Source of the DNA: an uncultured virus (IMG/VR IMGVR_UViG_3300019287_000008)
Taxonomy: Duplodnaviria > Heunggongvirae > Uroviricota > Caudoviricetes
IMG/VR virus record: IMGVR_UViG_3300019287_000008
Reading direction: 5' to 3' (one strand)
DNA: 20,000 nt
Position numbers and translations under genes: made by a program. The notes below the pieces were generated by a model, which was given only the letters and a program-made list of their open reading frames with translations, had not been told where the DNA came from and did no database searches. Shown one piece after another: positions 1 to 8,179 of the stretch (positions are counted from its first letter, which is position 1; the number at the start of each line of letters is the position of its first letter).

Positions 1-111
1 TTTGCCAATAAGGGAGAAGCTAAAGACTACTTCACGCAGGCGGCCGACATGATGGAGACCGCCGAGCGACTGTTGTACAGCCGCAGGAAGCCGACACGTC
101 CAACAGACTAA
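1..111 (+). CDS. 3' end of a head-tail adaptor/ring-like protein (partial; paralog of 136..645)
   Basis: Frame 1 reads FANKGEAKDYFTQAADMMETAERLLYSRRKPTRPTD*, which aligns with the C-terminus of 136..645 (VTNKADAEQYYTLANKNMELIRQTVSKRSRPTRPTD). Confidence 0.8.
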   Translation, partial: FANKGEAKDYFTQAADMMETAERLLYSRRKPTRPTD

Positions 112-646
112 CAATAATCTAAATAATATCAAACTATGCCAGACCCTACATTAGGAGCAAAGAAACCAGTGACAGCCACAATCAAAATATCGTGGCTGCT
201 CTATGACATCATGAATGAGACGTTCCTGCGCGGACGTACCATTCAGAATAAGGAGAATCACAAAGAGGTAGCAAGTATGTTCGCCTCCGAGGACGAGGAG
301 AACCGCGAGAAAATACTGCGTTCCGTCAAGCGAGCCTTTGCCGAGGTGCAGACTGAACTCGGAGAGTATCTCAACGAGAACGGCACAACCACGGATAACA
401 GTCACTATGACGGAAGCCATGACCTTATCCTCAACCTCACTATGCCGAGCAACTTCAACGAAGCGGCTACGACAGGCGTAGGCGAGGCTGTCCATGCCTA
501 TCTCGCCAACTCGGCCATCGCCGATTGGTATATGGTGACCAACAAGGCTGACGCGGAACAATACTACACCCTCGCCAACAAGAATATGGAGTTAATCCGT
601 CAGACCGTGAGCAAGCGTAGCCGTCCGACACGTCCAACAGACTAAC
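91..646 (+). repeat. 22-nt exact direct repeat CCGACACGTCCAACAGACTAAC (91..112 and 625..646)
   Basis: Read directly; both copies encode PTRPTD-stop at the ends of adjacent paralogs. Confidence 0.95.
136..645 (+). CDS. Putative virion head-tail adaptor/ring protein (169 aa)
   Basis: Intact ORF with AT-rich leader; shares the pattern L..P.NF....(L)...VH.YL....I.DW...TN...A with 657..1181. Function is inferred from size, paralogy and phage context. Confidence 0.6.
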   Translation: MPDPTLGAKKPVTATIKISWLLYDIMNETFLRGRTIQNKENHKEVASMFASEDEENREKILRSVKRAFAEVQTELGEYLNENGTTTDNSHYDGSHDLILNLTMPSNFNEAATTGVGEAVHAYLANSAIADWYMVTNKADAEQYYTLANKNMELIRQTVSKRSRPTRPTD

Positions 647-656
647 CCAACAGCCC

Positions 657-1181
657 ATGAGTTGCTTTTTGGAGGAAAAGGACGGCTCGCTGAATGCCGT
701 GTTGGGATTCAAGCGCGACCAACTGCTGTATGACATAAAGAACTATGCCTACATAGAGGGTAGCGTGATGGACACGGAAAGCAACCACAACCGCCACATG
801 GTGCAGGATGTAGGCGAAGAGGGTAATGTGGACCGTGTGACCAGAGTGCTGAACCTGACTGTTGCGAAATGCAGGGAACTCTTGTATCCATACACCAAGA
901 ACGAGCTGCACCGCACGGAACTGAACGACACCCTGCGAGAGCCGAAAGTATATGGAATAGTGTTGAGTGTTCCTACAGATTTCTCGCAGACCACGCTCTA
1001 CCTGCTTGAGAACCTCATACACGAATATCTTGTGTGCAAGGCTGTGTCGGATTGGTTGAGCATAACCAATCCAGCAAAGGCGCAGGTGTGGGAGGCGAAA
1101 GCAGAGGACGCAGAGAGCGAGATACGGGCAAATCTGCACGCAAGGATAGCAAGGACACGCCGACGACTCCACCCATTTTAA
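657..1181 (+). CDS. Putative virion head-tail adaptor/ring protein (174 aa), third paralog
   Basis: VPTDFSQTT..LLENLIHEYLVCKAVSDWLSITNPAKA parallels MPSNFNEAA..VGEAVHAYLANSAIADWYMVTNKADA. Confidence 0.6.
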   Translation: MSCFLEEKDGSLNAVLGFKRDQLLYDIKNYAYIEGSVMDTESNHNRHMVQDVGEEGNVDRVTRVLNLTVAKCRELLYPYTKNELHRTELNDTLREPKVYGIVLSVPTDFSQTTLYLLENLIHEYLVCKAVSDWLSITNPAKAQVWEAKAEDAESEIRANLHARIARTRRRLHPF

Positions 1182-1199
1182 GGTTGCCATATTAAAGCG

Positions 1200-1240
1200 A
1201 AAGACCGCTGTGCATCACGCATGGCGGCCTTTCTTTTTTT
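1200..1240 (+). terminator. Intrinsic terminator, probably bidirectional, between convergent genes
   Basis: Stem CCGCTGTGC/GCATGGCGG (with G-U pairs) and loop ATCAC, followed by CTTTCTTTTTTT; short A-run on the 5' side. Confidence 0.8.
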
Positions 1241-1261
1241 ACAATAGAAATAGTACATGAG

Positions 1262-3943
1262 TTATCTCGGTTGATTAGTGAGGCGTGGCGTGAACTGGAC
1301 TGACGCGCCAAAGATACTTTCATCGGCACCAAGTGTAGCCACTCCTGCTATTCGGAAATATTTGTAAGGTGTTCCTCGGAAACCTCGTAAGAAATGGTCT
1401 TTGCTTGACCATACCAAATGCCAATTAACCAAATCGCGTGAGCCATATAGCGCAGTTGCCACATTCCCATTACGGAAGAATCCTCGCTGAATGATGTTGT
1501 CAATAGTCTTGTGGATATTGATTGTGTCAAGTTTTAGAGGCCGTGTAACAAACATACTCTTGACTTGCTTGGCTTCGGTCTCGGAGAAATTAACTATGTT
1601 GTTATTGTTATCAACAGCCAGTGCTTCGGGATAGGAGTTGAGATGAGAGGCAATATTAGAAAATGTCATGCCCCACAGTTTTGATTTCAGCGAGAATACA
1701 TAGGCGTAGGTAATGCCCGGCGCATAGACTATGACACGCTGGTGGACATAGTCGTAAATCATACGACATTGTTTCAGGAACTCTGTAAACGGAAGCGTAG
1801 GCAGGCATTTGTCATTAACCGGAGAATGCCCTAACATATCGTGCAGTTTACTGAAACCAGGCAAGTCAAGAGCATTAAAAGGATATTCCGAATTAATTGC
1901 TTCAGAAATACATTGTGTCTGAGAACCCGATATGAGCATGATTCCTCGATCCGTGGGGAACAACACTGCACTATCCAGTTGGGTAATGCCATCGGCATTT
2001 ATACAGACATCACGTGTGATAGGTTGCCGCGCCGAATATGTGCCAGTAGCCGACACTTCCAACGCCCATACGCCCTCAGATGTGAAAGCATAAAGAGGGA
2101 ACTGACCAAACTGCCCCTCGGAAAGAGCCTTTGCAGCCGAACAAATGCCTTTTATTTCCCCAGTTCCAACCGTGTTTATGCCGAGAACCGGGAACACAAA
2201 AGGATTGTTGACCTCGGAGGTGTAAATCTTATTTGGAATATCAATCGTGCGGTCTGCGTTTGAACTTGCAGATGGCATACTGCCGCTCATTCCGGGATTA
2301 TCCCAACCTGCAAAGTAGAAAGCACCATTGAGGAAACCATGCTGCTCCAGTTGAACCTCATAGCAGGAGGGAAAACCATACCAAGAGACAATGACCGCCT
2401 TGTAGGCATTGACATTTGGATAGTATAAGAAAATGAATGGAGCGTCAAGACTTGCCATTTGACAACTCTCTCCTTGTACAATGATATCCTTTCCGTCTTG
2501 CTTTATAAAGAAATAGACTCCGACACTGGCTTTGTTATCTAAATAAGTCGGTGGCACATCTGCCCAGTTGGCTACATATCCGTCGGTATGGCACATCAAG
2601 GCTCCCGAATTGTATTCTGCATAGAGACGTTTAGATATATTACTCAGATTGAGGCGCGAATTGTATGTAAAGCAGTATCGTGGTATGAGAGTATCATGGC
2701 TGTCGTAATCATCAGTCATAACTTCTCGTGTCACCAATGATTGTAGATAATCTTCTTCAACGGTCAGTTTTGTACGCGTAGTGGAAAGTTGCTCTACCTT
2801 AATACTCTCAAGCAGATAGAACTGAGATGTTGAGCGAATATCTTCTTTGACAGCATCAACGCTTCGGCGAGGAATCATCAAACGCCCCATCGGATATGAA
2901 AGATTAGTGGGGTTGAACGTGAAGGCGTAAAGTTTGTTGAACGTGTTGCGCTGATAACGCAGAGGATATGTTGCTGTAGAGGCCGCCTGATTGGTATGCT
3001 TGCACACACAATAGGAATTATATCCCTCGGACTTGGCGAACTTGGTACACTTGCCGTTCTGGTCGTAAGTGTAAATCGGTTTAGAAATAAAGACATCTAC
3101 CGAGCGCACAATATCTTTCCAGTTATTGAGCATATCAAGCCTCGATTGAAGAATCACGGCATAATCAAGGGTATGCACCATTGCGCAGACACGAAGCTGC
3201 GCATCGGTGTATTTACCTTTGCCAGTGATGTGAGACCAAAACACCTGCGGAGTAAGGTCAGATGATGCTATCATGAGAACCGGCGAAGAGTGCATTGTGA
3301 GCGAACCATCGTAGAGACGGTAGGCGTAGCGGACGAAGAAAGGAAAGATGAACTTGCCCTTATTGGTGGACTCATCAGCAATAAACTTATTGATATGTGC
3401 AAGCACTTGGTCTGTTATCCGAGTCTTGTTGTTATCTGAAAACTCGTTCCAAATGCTACCCTCATTGATGGAGTCAAAGGAAATGGAAAATTCATCAGTC
3501 CTCACCATCTCGCCCTGCAATCCAAACGAGATAGGACATTCGGGTATCTTACCGCCCAAATAGAGATAGCCAGTTGCGCCACCTTTCCAAAGATAGTATT
3601 GCATGCCATCATCAGTAAGGAATATCAGTGTGTTGCCGACTGATGTAACCTTTATATACTTTGATATTGTTCCGATGGTTGTCAGTGTGTCCGGGGTCTC
3701 TTTATCATACCAACTAAAAGAGTTTGAATTTTGGACGATATAATGTGTATATCCCGAATTTTTATGGATATACACGCAATTACCGATAGTTGCAGATGTC
3801 TGTCCTTCAATTTTCGGAGGCAGGACCGGTTTCAATGCTCCATCTTCCGGCACAAGATTTATGGCTACTGCAAGTTCGCCGTCCTGACATTCGTAGTCGG
3901 ACGGCTGTGCGGAGTAGCCATTGTACTTTATTTCTTTGTTCAT
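1262..3943 (-). CDS. Large virion tail/stabilisation (P22 gp10-like or nozzle-like) protein, 893 aa
   Basis: Long beta-rich ORF. The N-terminus (SDYECQDGELAVAINLVPEDG) and C-terminal IYTSEVNNPFVFP / GQFGQFPLYAFTSEGVWAL resemble Bacteroidales phage tail-stabilisation proteins as I recall them. Confidence 0.6.
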   Translation of the reverse strand: MNKEIKYNGYSAQPSDYECQDGELAVAINLVPEDGALKPVLPPKIEGQTSATIGNCVYIHKNSGYTHYIVQNSNSFSWYDKETPDTLTTIGTISKYIKVTSVGNTLIFLTDDGMQYYLWKGGATGYLYLGGKIPECPISFGLQGEMVRTDEFSISFDSINEGSIWNEFSDNNKTRITDQVLAHINKFIADESTNKGKFIFPFFVRYAYRLYDGSLTMHSSPVLMIASSDLTPQVFWSHITGKGKYTDAQLRVCAMVHTLDYAVILQSRLDMLNNWKDIVRSVDVFISKPIYTYDQNGKCTKFAKSEGYNSYCVCKHTNQAASTATYPLRYQRNTFNKLYAFTFNPTNLSYPMGRLMIPRRSVDAVKEDIRSTSQFYLLESIKVEQLSTTRTKLTVEEDYLQSLVTREVMTDDYDSHDTLIPRYCFTYNSRLNLSNISKRLYAEYNSGALMCHTDGYVANWADVPPTYLDNKASVGVYFFIKQDGKDIIVQGESCQMASLDAPFIFLYYPNVNAYKAVIVSWYGFPSCYEVQLEQHGFLNGAFYFAGWDNPGMSGSMPSASSNADRTIDIPNKIYTSEVNNPFVFPVLGINTVGTGEIKGICSAAKALSEGQFGQFPLYAFTSEGVWALEVSATGTYSARQPITRDVCINADGITQLDSAVLFPTDRGIMLISGSQTQCISEAINSEYPFNALDLPGFSKLHDMLGHSPVNDKCLPTLPFTEFLKQCRMIYDYVHQRVIVYAPGITYAYVFSLKSKLWGMTFSNIASHLNSYPEALAVDNNNNIVNFSETEAKQVKSMFVTRPLKLDTINIHKTIDNIIQRGFFRNGNVATALYGSRDLVNWHLVWSSKDHFLRGFRGTPYKYFRIAGVATLGADESIFGASVQFTPRLTNQPR

Positions 3944-4311
3944 AGCGTAAGCGCAGTTATGATTGGGAGATATGTTGTATCACCACGAACGAAAGCCTCG
4001 CCAACCATGTAGGCGACTTGTTCAGCCTTCACTCCGACTGAATCAAGCAGGGCCCGACATAGGCGCACGGAGTATGCGCAGTAGTTGTTGCTCCCTCTTT
4101 TGGTGGGATAGCACTGTGCCTCATGGCGACCGATGTTGTTGACTCGGTGGACAGCATGCAAAAGATACTCGCCGTTGCTCACGGCTATGTTGATTGAATC
4201 ACCCGGACGCAGGGTGAGGATACGCGCCACTTTTGCCGTAATGCGGATAGTTCCTCTTTTACGGCTGAATGAGATATCGGGTCGGCGCGTATGTTCCAAT
4301 AGTTTAATCAT
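3940..4311 (-). CDS. AbrB/MazE/SpoVT-like swapped-hairpin DNA-binding protein (123 aa)
   Basis: Start reassigned to MIKLLEH at 4311. GTIRITAKVARILTLRPGDSINIAVSNGEYLL matches the AbrB pattern G.I.IP..IR..L.L.PGD.L......G.I.L. ATGA overlap with the 893-aa gene. Confidence 0.55.
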   Translation of the reverse strand: MIKLLEHTRRPDISFSRKRGTIRITAKVARILTLRPGDSINIAVSNGEYLLHAVHRVNNIGRHEAQCYPTKRGSNNYCAYSVRLCRALLDSVGVKAEQVAYMVGEAFVRGDTTYLPIITALTL

Positions 4312-4316
4312 GGGGG

Positions 4317-4324
4317 CAAAGATA
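4317..4324 (-). promoter_or_regulatory. Bacteroidetes sigma-A -7 element TATCTTTG
   Basis: Minus strand reads CCAG-TATCTTTG-CCCCC-ATG, a match to the TAnnTTTG consensus in the intergenic gap. No clear -33 TTTG. Confidence 0.6.
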
Positions 4325-4354
4325 CTGGGGTTTGGTTGTGATATTGTTTTAAGT

Positions 4355-5725
4355 TTAGAAAAGCGAGAGTTGCTGAACGTCCGGGATTTCTTGGCTATGC
4401 GCGGTCGGCGCACCATATTCTCGTGCCGTCTCGCAGAACATTTTGCGGAAGATATGATAGAGGCAGGCGACAACGATAGAGTTTCCTGCAAGTTTATAGA
4501 GTTGTGAATTGGATATGCCTGCGTTGAGCAATCGGTTTATATGGTGTTCGGGTACGTCCATAAGCCGGAAACATTCGCGCGGAGTAAGTTTGCGTATCCA
4601 GTATTCGATGACGGCAAAGTTATTGTCCTGCCACTTTGATGTAGTCATAGCCGGGGCAATATCAAAGAAACCGCCTTTGGCGTATCCGTGACCGCGCTGG
4701 AGTATCTTCACTTCGCGCTGACCGCCCTCGTTGCAGTTAAGATTTCGCCCCGATGCATCGGGGCGGCCGCGCATGGCGCAGCCGCGAGGGTCAGATACAA
4801 GATAATGCCCTGTCGCATTTACTCTTGCCAGTATCGTGCCTGCTATGTCGGGGTCAACACGTTGGTTGTAGCAATCTATCCACAGCGTTTCTTCCGGGTC
4901 AACCTTTCCATCGGCAATCATGGCGTTGAGACGGCTGTTGCCGTAGATGGGAACTTTTATAAGAGTATCGCATGAGCATAACCCCTCTCGTGTCTTGATT
5001 GTTCCACTAATGCCCTCGCCAGTCTGAAAATTTGTTTTGAAACCGCAACCCTCTGACTGCTTGCGCTCGTTGTGCTTTATCAACGCCTGAATCTGCTCCT
5101 GCTTCAGCCAATACTTTTCATCAACTACATCTTCAAGGATGTGTTTCAGACGACGCACCAGTTCAAACGGCTTTGGGAATGTAAAGGGTGTATGTTCCCT
5201 ACGAAAGGACACCATAAAGACGCGCTCACGATTCTGCGGAACGCCGTAGTCTTTTGCGTTGAGGACGGCATAGTAGTTGGTGTAGCCCTGCTTTATGAGC
5301 CATTTTCGCCACCTGCGGAAGTCTGCACTGAATTTCTTTTGCGTGAGAGCCTTGACATTTTCCATAAGCAGAAATCGGGGGTGCTTCTTCTCAATGGCGT
5401 TGGCGCAGGCCCATAAGCATGAAGAGCGTGTGCCGCTACCCTCGGAGAAGCCACGTTGTTTACCCACCGAAGATATATCTTGGCAAGGGAACGAATATGT
5501 GAGCAGGTCAAAGTCGGCGGTCTGCGACCAATCAATCTTGGTTATGTCGCCATGATTGGGTATAGCCTCACCGTGGAGAGTATGATATGCTCTTATAGCA
5601 TATTTGTCAATCTCCGATATTCCGACAGTCTCAAACTGGAAATCGGGGAATGATTGAGAAAGCAGGTCAAGCGCGATGGATTGAGAGCCGTAGCCTGCAA
5701 AGGCTTCAAAGACGCGGAGTTTCAT
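4355..5725 (-). CDS. dcm: DNA (cytosine-5)-methyltransferase (456 aa)
   Basis: Start at MKLRVFEAFAGYG (motif I); SFPCQD (motif IV, catalytic Cys), MENV (VI), PQNRERVF (VIII), RKLTPRECFRLM (IX), AGNSIVV (X). C-terminus QQLSLF. Confidence 0.95.
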   Translation of the reverse strand: MKLRVFEAFAGYGSQSIALDLLSQSFPDFQFETVGISEIDKYAIRAYHTLHGEAIPNHGDITKIDWSQTADFDLLTYSFPCQDISSVGKQRGFSEGSGTRSSCLWACANAIEKKHPRFLLMENVKALTQKKFSADFRRWRKWLIKQGYTNYYAVLNAKDYGVPQNRERVFMVSFRREHTPFTFPKPFELVRRLKHILEDVVDEKYWLKQEQIQALIKHNERKQSEGCGFKTNFQTGEGISGTIKTREGLCSCDTLIKVPIYGNSRLNAMIADGKVDPEETLWIDCYNQRVDPDIAGTILARVNATGHYLVSDPRGCAMRGRPDASGRNLNCNEGGQREVKILQRGHGYAKGGFFDIAPAMTTSKWQDNNFAVIEYWIRKLTPRECFRLMDVPEHHINRLLNAGISNSQLYKLAGNSIVVACLYHIFRKMFCETAREYGAPTAHSQEIPDVQQLSLF

Positions 5726-5756
5726 TATATAATTTGGCTGAAATATTGTATATAAA

Positions 5757-6671
5757 TTATCGTAGATTATGTAAATAGGCCTCACACTTGAATCCTTTGC
5801 GCGGCATAAAGTCGGCGAAGCTGCACGTCTTGAAGATTTGTGGCTTGTTGACGTACTGGGCGAGGTCTTTCTCATACTGCGATGGAGTGCGTTTGTTCTC
5901 AAAGTCTCGGTAAGGCATGACGTAGGGCTTTATGCCAAAGGAGCGGAGTGTTTCAATGCGATACATATCCTGCTCGATAGTGGAGTTGAACCCAACCAAC
6001 ACATAACACATGATTTTGTATGGCTTGATGTAGCGCGTGACCTCTCGGAGTTTGTCGGTCAAGTCAAGCGCAGGCAAATCCCATGCTATATGAATATTCC
6101 GGCGCAGACGCAGTTTGTTGAGCCAGTATGCCTGCTCCTCGTTCATAATCCTTATATCTACTCCATGCAGGTTTACTTTCTGCCCAACTTTAATCAGATA
6201 GTCAATAGCACTCTTCCAGTCGGGATTGGCGAAGAAATTATTATCAAGGACTTCTATCCATTCTCCGTTGGGGTTGAGTTGGACCGGTTCGACCGGGTGT
6301 ATCTTACCTTCTTTGTCATGAACGAGGCAGAACGGACATCTGCGGATACAGCCGCGCGAAAAGAATTGGATCGAGAAAGGGTGTTGAGGATATAAAGAAT
6401 AATCCATTGCCGTAGATTGCTCAATGCATTCGGGCAGTCGGCTGTGAATGTCGTAGCCAGTACCACCACGGACAACCTCGCACTTGCCGTCAAAGTCGGC
6501 AGAATCGGGAGTGAACGTGAATATTTTCGACTGATATACGCGGTCATAGTTGCCGAACATGGGCAACGCAATCTCCACGTTATCGCCCTGCAGCTTGTGC
6601 CACGCTGATATTTTCATGAGTGCGAAGTTGGAGAAGTTATGCCCATCAACGTCAACTATACCTATGTTCAT
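5757..6671 (-). CDS. Radical SAM protein with a short cobalamin-binding-like N-terminal region (304 aa)
   Basis: SRGCIRRCPFC (CxxxCxxC), DNNF motif. N-terminal ALMKISAWHKLQGDNVE and VVRGGTG resemble class B radical SAM proteins. Confidence 0.88.
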   Translation of the reverse strand: MNIGIVDVDGHNFSNFALMKISAWHKLQGDNVEIALPMFGNYDRVYQSKIFTFTPDSADFDGKCEVVRGGTGYDIHSRLPECIEQSTAMDYSLYPQHPFSIQFFSRGCIRRCPFCLVHDKEGKIHPVEPVQLNPNGEWIEVLDNNFFANPDWKSAIDYLIKVGQKVNLHGVDIRIMNEEQAYWLNKLRLRRNIHIAWDLPALDLTDKLREVTRYIKPYKIMCYVLVGFNSTIEQDMYRIETLRSFGIKPYVMPYRDFENKRTPSQYEKDLAQYVNKPQIFKTCSFADFMPRKGFKCEAYLHNLR

Positions 6672-6874
6672 GTGATAATGAATTGAATATTAAAATTAAA
6701 CTCCCGGCAGAGCCGGACTACTTGAATGTGTTTGTATGTCTCTTCGCCATAGGGAATGAAGATGACACGCTGTTTGGTGTCAGCCTCAATTCCTTTACGG
6801 CGCAGCTTATAGAGCAGGTTGGCACGGCGTTTCTTTGCCTTGCAAAGCGCCGCGGGCGATAAGGGGAATCTCAT
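6668..6874 (-). CDS. Small basic hypothetical phage protein
   Basis: ATGA-coupled to both neighbours; RRANLLYKLRRKG basic segment. Confidence 0.6.
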   Translation of the reverse strand: MRFPLSPAALCKAKKRRANLLYKLRRKGIEADTKQRVIFIPYGEETYKHIQVVRLCREFNFNIQFIIT

Positions 6875-7062
6875 AAGCAGTAGCGATTAACCGAGGCACT
6901 GCGCTGAATGAGAGAGCCATCAGCGACCAAAGAGTCGAGTGCATGGCCGACCATAGAGTTTATCTCATTGCGGAGCGCGTAATCGGGCGCGATGTGTTTA
7001 TGCCTCTTGTCTGCGATTATTTCCTTGACAAGAACGAGTGCGAGTTGTTTTGCGATAGTCAT
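6871..7062 (-). CDS. Hypothetical phage protein (possible winged-helix-like)
   Basis: Coupled ORF; ALDSLVADGSLIQR resembles a wHTH recognition helix and wing. Confidence 0.6.
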   Translation of the reverse strand: MTIAKQLALVLVKEIIADKRHKHIAPDYALRNEINSMVGHALDSLVADGSLIQRSASVNRYCL

Positions 7063-7346
7063 GGCTGTTTAGATGTGTGTAGGGTTTCACGTTTGAGTAT
7101 GAGGTAAGCTGCGAAACTATCTTCGCCTGCGCAGGTTGCTATTTCCCAACCATCAGCACCCAGTTTGCAGAGTTCGGCAATGCACTCGTCCATTTTGTTG
7201 TATGAGTAGCGGAAGCGCATATACTCGCAGGTTATGTGATAATCTCCGTGCCTTTTGCGCTCAATGCGATTGATGAGCAGGACAATAATAGTGATTATTA
7301 CTGCCGAAATGATTACGGAAGCGAAGTGTACAAGTAATTCAATCAT
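7059..7346 (-). CDS. Membrane-anchored DUF4177-like protein (95 aa)
   Basis: Start reassigned to MIELLVHF (7346). N-terminal hydrophobic helix; ELCKLGADGWEIAT resembles the DUF4177 LN.LG.EGWELV motif. Confidence 0.55.
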   Translation of the reverse strand: MIELLVHFASVIISAVIITIIVLLINRIERKRHGDYHITCEYMRFRYSYNKMDECIAELCKLGADGWEIATCAGEDSFAAYLILKRETLHTSKQP

Positions 7347-7722
7347 TGTTATCTCCTTTCTCATCAATCTTGGTAAGCAGGGCATCGGCGTAACACATTG
7401 CGTTACGAGCAACAATCTCGAAAAGCTTGGGATACGGGGGATTTTGTGCCACATCAATGTAAGCCTGCATAGTTCGTTCATTGCTCAATATCCCCTGCAT
7501 GGCTGCTGTGGCAACTCTCAACCGGTCCTCACGCTGACAAGTGATATATCCATAACCAGTGCCTTCAAGTTGCTCCTTGATATGTTCGGCACGTTGTTTG
7601 GCGGCTCGGCGGTCTATGCGAGTGAGCCGGGCGACACACTCCTTACAGCGGTGCTTGTAGGATTTTGACATTTCGTGCTGTTCTTTCCACTGACCGCAAA
7701 TTCCGCATTGCTGTTTGCTCAT
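7339..7722 (-). CDS. Zn-finger plus common phage helical domain protein (127 aa)
   Basis: CGIC...CKEC at the N-terminus; ATAAMQGILSN...AMCYADALL is a widespread phage hypothetical motif. Confidence 0.7.
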   Translation of the reverse strand: MSKQQCGICGQWKEQHEMSKSYKHRCKECVARLTRIDRRAAKQRAEHIKEQLEGTGYGYITCQREDRLRVATAAMQGILSNERTMQAYIDVAQNPPYPKLFEIVARNAMCYADALLTKIDEKGDNND

Positions 7723-7958
7723 TCCTCACCTCCTTCCTTATGGCACGGGCAGTCGGGGTCGTGGGTGATGGATACCGATGACATTCTGCCTCCCGTATCA
7801 TACTTGATATAATAATGACCGTCAAAATAGATTCGACTCATGCAATGGTGGTTGCGTGGTATTTGAGGTGCAGGCTGTGTTTGTGTTTTTGAGTCTGCGC
7901 ATCCGCTCAGGCACACGGCGCAGAGGACGGCGGCGAGGATGGTTGTAAGGTGTTTCAT
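7719..7958 (-). CDS. Small lipoprotein
   Basis: MKHLTTILAAVLCAVCLSG-C lipobox; C-terminal ITHDPDCPC. Confidence 0.7.
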   Translation of the reverse strand: MKHLTTILAAVLCAVCLSGCADSKTQTQPAPQIPRNHHCMSRIYFDGHYYIKYDTGGRMSSVSITHDPDCPCHKEGGEE

Positions 7959-8179
7959 ATTGATTTGGATATTCGGTTAAACAATTCATTCAACTCTTGC
8001 CATCCCTCGCTTTTGCTCACCTTGCGCCAACTGCGATACTTCTTACGCCATTCACAAGGGAGTTTCGCTCGTTTGGCGGCAGTCATTAGCTGTGCCCCAG
8101 TGTAGGGGAAATCAAGTCTGCTCAACTCTTGATACTCGGCTTTGGCTTTGAGTATCTTCATTGCTATTCTTGCTTTCAT
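7955..8179 (-). CDS. Small basic hypothetical phage protein
   Basis: ATGA-coupled ORF starting MKARIAMKILK. Confidence 0.65.
   Translation of the reverse strand: MKARIAMKILKAKAEYQELSRLDFPYTGAQLMTAAKRAKLPCEWRKKYRSWRKVSKSEGWQELNELFNRISKSI

Noticed and set aside
91..646. CRISPR array or att-site reading of the 22-nt repeat
   Set aside because: There are only two copies 534 bp apart, both in coding frame; no cas gene or integrase is nearby.
151..1190. Minus-strand ORFs 151..561 and 642..1190
   Set aside because: They are antisense to the paralogous + strand structural genes.
3940..4311. MazE-type antitoxin of a toxin-antitoxin pair
   Set aside because: The downstream partner is an 893-aa virion-like protein with no PIN, MazF or Doc features.
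4312..4491. N-terminal extension of the 183-aa ORF
   Set aside because: It overlaps the MTase end and the promoter motif.
4355..5725. Type II restriction-modification system
   Set aside because: No cognate endonuclease is adjacent; the DUF1064 nuclease is a typical phage replication-module gene over 4 kb away.
5726..5902. N-terminal extension of the 515-aa MTase ORF
   Set aside because: It overlaps the radical SAM gene, and motif I begins right after the Met at 5725.
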